DNA of 64,000 nt, taken from positions 28,702-92,701 of the forward strand of contig CAZWEZ010000002.1 of NCBI GenBank assembly GCA_964632795.1, in the 5' to 3' direction. The position numbers and the translations under genes were made by a program. Under the pieces are notes generated by a model that ran no database searches, was not told the origin of the DNA, and worked only from the letters and a program-made list of their open reading frames with translations. Origin of the DNA: an uncultured Thalassospiraceae bacterium. GTDB taxonomy: Bacteria; Pseudomonadota; Alphaproteobacteria; Rhodospirillales; 2-02-FULL-58-16. Below, piece after piece: positions 58,510 to 64,000 of this stretch (its first letter is position 1; every line of letters begins with the position of its first letter).

Positions 58510-60003
58510 ATGGAAAGCGGGGTATACGTGGGGATCGATCACGGCGGCTCGACCACGACCGCCCTGGTTTTCGATACCGAACGCGGGAAACTGGCCAGTT
58601 TTTCGGTCCCCATGCCCAAGCAGACACCGCGGGTGGGCTGGGTCGAGCACCACCCGGACGACTTCGTGCGGACCAGCCTGGAGGCGGCGGCCGGGGCGCT
58701 CGGGCGGGCCGGCCTTTCGTGGCGCGATGTCCGCGCCCTGGGGATCGCCAACCAGGGCGAGACCTCCATGGCGTGGTCCAGGGAAAGCGGTCTGGCCATC
58801 GGCCCCGCCATTTCCTGGGAAGACCGCCGGACCACGGAGATATGTACGTCGTTGGCCGGCAGGGGGGTCGACGATCTGGTCCGCGAGCGGACCGGGGTCC
58901 TGCTCGACCCGTACTTCTCGGCGACCAAGTTCCGGTGGCTGATCGACAACGTCGAGGAGGCCAGGTCGGCCTTCGATCGAGGGACCCTCGGCTTCGGCGG
59001 CACGGATTCATACACCATCAACCGGCTCACCGGGGGCGAGGTCCATGCCACCGACGCCGCCACCGGATCGCGGACCGCGTTGTTCAACCTCAGGGGCGTG
59101 CATTGGGACCACGACCTGTTGGAGGCTTTCGGCCTGTCACCTTCGGCGATGCCCGAAATCCGCTCCAGTTGCGGCGATTACGGCACCGTCCGGCATCCCG
59201 AAATCGACGCCGCCGGAATCCGCATCACCGCCGACACGGTGGACGCCCACGCGGCGCTGTTCGCCCAGGGGTGTCGGGACGACACCACCGCCAAGGCGAC
59301 CTACGGCACCGGAGCCTTCATCGAGACCAATACCGGGACCAGCCCCGTCGAACCCGACGGCAAGCTGCCGGTGTTCATCGCCTGGGAGATCGACGGCCGG
59401 GTCGATTACACCATCGAAGGGGGCGTCTTCTCGGTGGGTTCGGCTGTCGACTGGGTGGTCGGCTCGGGCCTTCTGCCGTCGGCCGCCGAATCTTCCGACC
59501 TCGCCGAGGGGGTTCCGGATTCCGGCGGGGTGGTCATGGTGCCGAGCTTTACCGGCCTCTCCGCGCCGCATTGGGAATCCGCCGCCAGGGCCTGCATCCT
59601 GGGCCTCGGTCTCGACACCACCGCCGGGCATATCGCCCGGGCGCTCCTCGACGGGATCGCTTTTCAATGCGCGGATATCGTGAGCGCCTTGAACCAAAGG
59701 CTCGGCGGCACTGTCAGGGAGGTCAGGGGCGACGGCGGCCCGACCCGCAACAGCTACCTCATGCAGCGTCAGGCCGACCTTCTGGAAATGCCGCTCACGG
59801 TGTCGCTGGAACCCGACATGACGGCGCTGGGGGCGGCGCTTCTGGCGGCCATCGGGGATGGCCAACTGACCCAGCAGGAGGTTGCCGCCATGGACCGGGA
59901 AACCATCGTCTACGAACCCGGGATGGGCGGCGACGAACGCCAATCCCTGTGGGCGGAATGGCGCAAGACCGTCGCCGTGGCCAGCCAAAGGGCAAGAGCA
60001 TGA
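58510..60003 (+). CDS. glpK: Glycerol kinase-like FGGY carbohydrate kinase
   Basis: GWVEHHPDD, GIANQGETSMAW, ISWEDRRT, LDPYFSATKFRWLIDNV and FGGTDSYTINRLTGG parallel the GlpK blocks. Confidence 0.75.
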   Translation: MESGVYVGIDHGGSTTTALVFDTERGKLASFSVPMPKQTPRVGWVEHHPDDFVRTSLEAAAGALGRAGLSWRDVRALGIANQGETSMAWSRESGLAIGPAISWEDRRTTEICTSLAGRGVDDLVRERTGVLLDPYFSATKFRWLIDNVEEARSAFDRGTLGFGGTDSYTINRLTGGEVHATDAATGSRTALFNLRGVHWDHDLLEAFGLSPSAMPEIRSSCGDYGTVRHPEIDAAGIRITADTVDAHAALFAQGCRDDTTAKATYGTGAFIETNTGTSPVEPDGKLPVFIAWEIDGRVDYTIEGGVFSVGSAVDWVVGSGLLPSAAESSDLAEGVPDSGGVVMVPSFTGLSAPHWESAARACILGLGLDTTAGHIARALLDGIAFQCADIVSALNQRLGGTVREVRGDGGPTRNSYLMQRQADLLEMPLTVSLEPDMTALGAALLAAIGDGQLTQQEVAAMDRETIVYEPGMGGDERQSLWAEWRKTVAVASQRARA

Positions 60004-61238
60004 CCGACGGCCGGGATGGGGTCCTCGGCACCATGGACCGGTGTACCAAGTGCGGCATCTGCCAGTCCTACTGTCCCGTCTCGGCGGCCACCACCCTCTT
60101 CCCCGGCCCCAAGTACACGGGTCCGCAAGCCCAGCGGTTTCGCGTCATCGAACCGACAGCCGACATCTCTCCGGCGCTGTGCAGCGGTTGCGGGGTGTGC
60201 ACCAGCGTCTGCCCCAACGGTGTCGCGATCGCCGACATCATTACCATCGCCAAGGCCGCAATGGCCGGCGGCGGTAAAAATTTGCCGATCAGGCAACGCC
60301 TCCTCAACCGTCCCGACATGATTGGCCTGCTCGGCGGACGAACCCCCGCCCTGACCAACGGAATCCTCGCCAACCGGTTCCTGCGCGGCCTCGCCGAGCG
60401 CCTGATCGGCATCCACCGCAAGGCCCCGCTACCCAAGGTCAGCGGCCCCGTGTTCCGCCGCTGGCTGAACGCCCATGGCCAGCCGGACGGCCCCATGGTC
60501 ACGTATTATTCCGGCTGCGCCGTCGAGAACTACGATCCCCACGTCGGGATCGCGCTGGTCCGGGTGATGAACCGTCTCGGCTTCCATGTCGAGGCGCCGA
60601 GCGAGGCGTGTTGTTCCCTGCCGATGCTGTCGAGCGGCGAATGGGAGGCCGCCTCGAGCCGCGCCGATAAACTCATCGACGAGCTGAGCCCCGCCGCCGA
60701 GGCCGGCCGCCCCATTATCTCCACCTCGATCAGTTGCGGCCTGGCGATCAGAGCCAAATACGCCACATACCTCAACCGCCTGGACGACAAATCGAAACGG
60801 GTCGCCGGAGCCGTCGTCGACGTCTGCGAGTTTCTGCGCGACGGCCATGACGAAGAACTCGCCTCGTTCCTGACCCCCCTGCCCCTACGAATTCTTTACC
60901 ACGGCCCATGTCAACTCCGCGGACACCGCATGGGGATGCCGGCGGTGGAACTCCTGCGCCTGATCCCGGAGCTGTCGAGCGAACTGTCCCAAGCCGATTG
61001 CTGTGGGGTATCGGGAACCTATGGCTACGACGCCGAAAAATACGACATCGCCAACGCCGTCGGCAGGACGCTTTTCGATCAGGTGGCGGAAACCGGGCCG
61101 GACCTCATCGTCTGCGACAGCGAGACATGCCGGTGGAACATAGAACAGGAAACGGGCGTGCCCTGCCGTCACCCCATCGAGGTCCTCGCCGCCGCCATCT
61201 TCGGGGAAGACCCGGCGCACAGGGAACCCCTGCCATAG
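60000..61238 (+). CDS. glpC: Anaerobic glycerol-3-phosphate dehydrogenase subunit C-like Fe-S protein
   Basis: A 412-aa product from ATG 60000, overlapping the kinase stop (ATGA). It has two ferredoxin-type Cys clusters (CTKCGICQSYCP, CSGCGVCTSVCP) and two CCG-type domains. Confidence 0.8.
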   Translation: MTDGRDGVLGTMDRCTKCGICQSYCPVSAATTLFPGPKYTGPQAQRFRVIEPTADISPALCSGCGVCTSVCPNGVAIADIITIAKAAMAGGGKNLPIRQRLLNRPDMIGLLGGRTPALTNGILANRFLRGLAERLIGIHRKAPLPKVSGPVFRRWLNAHGQPDGPMVTYYSGCAVENYDPHVGIALVRVMNRLGFHVEAPSEACCSLPMLSSGEWEAASSRADKLIDELSPAAEAGRPIISTSISCGLAIRAKYATYLNRLDDKSKRVAGAVVDVCEFLRDGHDEELASFLTPLPLRILYHGPCQLRGHRMGMPAVELLRLIPELSSELSQADCCGVSGTYGYDAEKYDIANAVGRTLFDQVAETGPDLIVCDSETCRWNIEQETGVPCRHPIEVLAAAIFGEDPAHREPLP

Positions 61239-61289
61239 CTCGCCTCTGAAACTTTCCAGGCTTTCCCCAATAATCGGTTGATCCGACAT

Positions 61290-62771
61290 CTATCCGCCGA
61301 GCGCCCGGGCCATCTTTTGAACGGCCGGGCGGATTTTTTCCACCGGGGTGCAACAGAATCCCAAGAACAGGCCGGGGCGCGGCTGTTGCTCGTTGAAGTA
61401 GAACGATATGGGAAAGCTCGAGACGCCGAGTTCCGATATCTTGCGTCTGGCCACCAAGTCATCGCTACCCGAAGAAAGCCAGCCGATGACGTTCATCCCG
61501 GCCCGCGCCGGCGACACGTTCATAATGCCGTCGAGATCGCCGCGGATGGCATCTACGATGGCATCTTGACGTTCGGCGTAAACCTGACGCATGCGCCGAA
61601 CATGGGTCGAAAAATAACCGTTATCGATAAAATCCGCGAGCACCGCCTGGGGAAGGGTGGACACGCCGCGGGTCAACAGATGCACGGCGGCGCTGTACGC
61701 GTCCACCAGTCCCGGCGGCGCCACCAGATAGCCGATACGCAGCGACGGGAAGAGCACCTTGCTCAAGGTCCCGATATAGATGACCCGGCCGTTGCGGTCT
61801 ATGGTCTGCAGGGGAGCCAGCGGGGCACTGGAAAAGCGGAATTCGCTGTCGTAGTCGTCTTCGACGATCCAACTCTTGTTTCGGGTCGCCCAAGCCAGCA
61901 GCTCCAGGCGCCGAGGCAGGCTCAATGTCACGCCCAGGGGATATTGGTGTGAAGGCGCGACCACGGCCAGGCGCGCGTCCGGCTTGCTGGCGATACCGGC
62001 GGAAACCTTCATCCCGTTGTTATCGACCGGGACGTTGACGATGGAAGCCCCAAGACCGATGAGCATATCGCGCATGGTCAAAAAGCAGGGGTCTTCCATC
62101 AACACCGCATCGCCGGGATCGAGAAGAATCCAGGCTGTGAGACTCAAGGCCATCTGCGCCCCGGCAACCACGATGACCTGGCCCTCGTCACACTTGATCC
62201 CGCGGGCATCGCGCAGATAGGCGGCGATCGCCCGACGCAAAGGCGGGTATCCCAGCGGGCTCCCATAGTTGAGCATTTCGAGTGCCGGTTGGCGATGCCG
62301 GCGCGCCGTGAGCCGCGCCCAAACGCCGAAGGGGAATTGGTCGTAGGCCGGTTGGTTGGGGACGAAGGCGGTCGGCACCTGTGGCGGGTTGTTGGACCGG
62401 GTTTTCGCCACCAGGGCGCCCCGCCGCGACAGAATGATCTCCGGCTTCGCTGGCCCGGTCCGGAGCCTGCCCGGTAGCGGCGGTTCCATGATCTGTTCGC
62501 TAAGGTCGGTCCCGACAAAAGTGCCGGCCCCAACCCTGCCTTCGAGAAAACCTTCGGCGATCAGTTGTTCGAAGGCCGTCACCACGCTCGTCCGCGAGAC
62601 TCCGAGTTGCTTTGCCAGGATACGGCTGGAAGGCAGCCGCAACCCCGACGGCAGGCGTCCGGAAAGAACCGCCTGGCGGATCTGCGCGCCCAATTGCTGA
62701 AACAGCGGAACGGAGGAGTTCCGATCCAGGTTGACGAAGGAGAAAAGAGCGACCCCCACCCGTTTCCGCAT
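61290..62771 (-). CDS. MocR/PdxR-type regulator (GntR HTH fused to a PLP aminotransferase-like domain)
   Basis: A 493-aa product with the N-terminal wHTH LPSSRILAKQLGVSRTSVVTAFEQLIAEGFL. This is followed by a fold-type I aminotransferase body with the lysine context IYIGTLSKVLFPSLRIGY. Confidence 0.85.
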   Translation of the reverse strand: MRKRVGVALFSFVNLDRNSSVPLFQQLGAQIRQAVLSGRLPSGLRLPSSRILAKQLGVSRTSVVTAFEQLIAEGFLEGRVGAGTFVGTDLSEQIMEPPLPGRLRTGPAKPEIILSRRGALVAKTRSNNPPQVPTAFVPNQPAYDQFPFGVWARLTARRHRQPALEMLNYGSPLGYPPLRRAIAAYLRDARGIKCDEGQVIVVAGAQMALSLTAWILLDPGDAVLMEDPCFLTMRDMLIGLGASIVNVPVDNNGMKVSAGIASKPDARLAVVAPSHQYPLGVTLSLPRRLELLAWATRNKSWIVEDDYDSEFRFSSAPLAPLQTIDRNGRVIYIGTLSKVLFPSLRIGYLVAPPGLVDAYSAAVHLLTRGVSTLPQAVLADFIDNGYFSTHVRRMRQVYAERQDAIVDAIRGDLDGIMNVSPARAGMNVIGWLSSGSDDLVARRKISELGVSSFPISFYFNEQQPRPGLFLGFCCTPVEKIRPAVQKMARALGG

Positions 62772-62980
62772 CGCCCTCCCCCGAAAGAAACCAAATATGC
62801 CGCCAGGAAATTGGTATGATCGATATGGCGGAAATGGATATTAACACCAATGCCAATCTGGGTCTAATGTCGGATAGTCGCCACCATCATGGCGGACCGC
62901 CGGTATGCCGGCGGTTTGTTATCGACCGGTGCAAAAGAAAAATAATTACGCGGCAACAGCCAAACAGGAGGAGAAGACCA

Positions 62981-64000
62981 ATGTCATTCAGATACCGTAA
63001 AGGCGTCCGAACGGGGACCATCATTTCACTCATTGCGGGGCTGGGCATCGCCTTCGCGGCGACGGCGCAGGCGGCCGGTTGCCCGACGGTTGCCGATCCC
63101 CAGGGGGTGAAACCTGAACACCCGCAGCAGATGGACCTTGCCGAATTCGAGAAGCAGACGGGCACAAGCCTGACGTTTACCGAAAACCCGTTTTTTGCCG
63201 AGCGCGTCAAGGCCTGGACATTGCCGCCGGTCGTGGAACGGCTGCCCTGGGAGCCGTTGGTGGTGCTGCCCTATGACGAATGCGGCAAGTACGGCGGAAC
63301 CCTGCGCGGCATGGCCCGCAAGTACGAGTCGGGAACCTCGGAGATCCTCGCCTGGCGTCAAGACAACATGGTCCGCATTCTCGACGACGGCCAGACCGTC
63401 GTTCCCAACGTGGCCAAGGCCTGGAAATGGAACGACACCTACACCGAGATCACTTTTTTCCTGCGCAAGGGCCACAGATGGTCCGACGGCGCCCCCTTCA
63501 CCGCCGATGACGTGACCTTCTGGGCCAATGACATCATCAACAACAAGGATATCCATAAGACGACGCCGGCACCTTGGAACATCGGCATGAGGGCCGAAAA
63601 GATCGATGATGCGACGGTCAAGCTGATCTTCGACAAGCCCTATCCGGCGTTTTTGAGCTACAACGCCGGGATGGGTTCCTACTTCACGATCTTCGAGGCC
63701 AAGCATTTCCTGGCGCCGCTGCACATCGACTACAACCCGAAGGCCGACGAGCAAGCCAAGGCGGCCGGGTACGACGGCTGGGTGCAACGCTTCACCAAGT
63801 TCTGGAACAAGTGGAAAGATGCGACAACGGCGATTCCCGAGGGGGTCAGGATTCCGACCCTGGAAAGCCATCTCATGGTTTCGCCGTTGACCACGCAGCG
63901 TCGGAACTATGAAGCCAATCCTTACTTCTTCAAAGTCGATACCAGTGGCCAGCAACTGCCATATATCAACAAAATCAACGAACGGTTCCTCAACTCCGAA
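62981..64000 (+). CDS. ABC transporter substrate-binding protein, family 5 (peptide/nickel type), truncated by the right window edge
   Basis: ATG at 62981 is preceded by AGGAGGAG. It has the signal peptide TIISLIAGLGIAFAATAQA. The frame stays open to the window end and is absent from the track for that reason. The text FFLRKGHRWSDGAPFTADDVTF is typical of SBP_bac_5. Confidence 0.8.
   Translation, partial: MSFRYRKGVRTGTIISLIAGLGIAFAATAQAAGCPTVADPQGVKPEHPQQMDLAEFEKQTGTSLTFTENPFFAERVKAWTLPPVVERLPWEPLVVLPYDECGKYGGTLRGMARKYESGTSEILAWRQDNMVRILDDGQTVVPNVAKAWKWNDTYTEITFFLRKGHRWSDGAPFTADDVTFWANDIINNKDIHKTTPAPWNIGMRAEKIDDATVKLIFDKPYPAFLSYNAGMGSYFTIFEAKHFLAPLHIDYNPKADEQAKAAGYDGWVQRFTKFWNKWKDATTAIPEGVRIPTLESHLMVSPLTTQRRNYEANPYFFKVDTSGQQLPYINKINERFLNSE

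Overview
This is a visibly GC-rich, alphaproteobacterium-like chromosomal segment of about 55 protein genes, mostly housekeeping and catabolic. All functional calls come from reading the translated ORFs and recalling family motifs; no database search was run.

Gene content, in order:
- aroK-aroB, a CBS-domain gene, bolA, an EamA transporter, a J-domain gene and cobS-cobT.
- A methylated-amine style cluster: two non-Pyl MttB paralogs, GFA, a Mo-hydroxylase subunit and a FAD oxidase.
- ggt and a MarR gene, then a PadR plus RND efflux operon.
- A sodium:solute symporter, pssA-psd, a LysM gene, a LOG gene, icd and rpmB.
- ROK and creatininase genes.
- A DeoR-controlled locus that mixes an OpuA-type ABC transporter with glpA-glpB-glpK-glpC.
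- A MocR regulator and an edge-truncated family-5 substrate-binding protein.

Two short AT-rich islands stand out against this background:
- 10.0-12.3 kb holds a stand-alone UG/Abi-type reverse transcriptase. It sits next to an orphan HTH antitoxin whose toxin gene has been deleted.
- 47.5-49.9 kb is a 2.3 kb island bounded by an intact tRNA-Met(CAU) and a 45-nt copy of that tRNA's 3-prime half. It carries an Rx4H (HEPN-like) protein gene translationally coupled (ATGA) to a partner gene inactivated by an in-frame TAG and an A6/T6 frameshift. No integrase is present.

The window is also rich in palindromic DNA:
- A perfect 198-bp AT-rich palindrome lies between rpmB and a convergent gene.
- Two MITE-like elements share a core sequence.
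- A RAYT (IS200-like Y1 transposase) is bracketed by 24-bp inverted repeats, with a solo copy elsewhere.
- There are several smaller REP-like hairpin families.

No rRNA, CRISPR array, cas gene or recombinase was seen. Many long track ORFs are wrong-frame or antisense artefacts of high GC content and were discarded.
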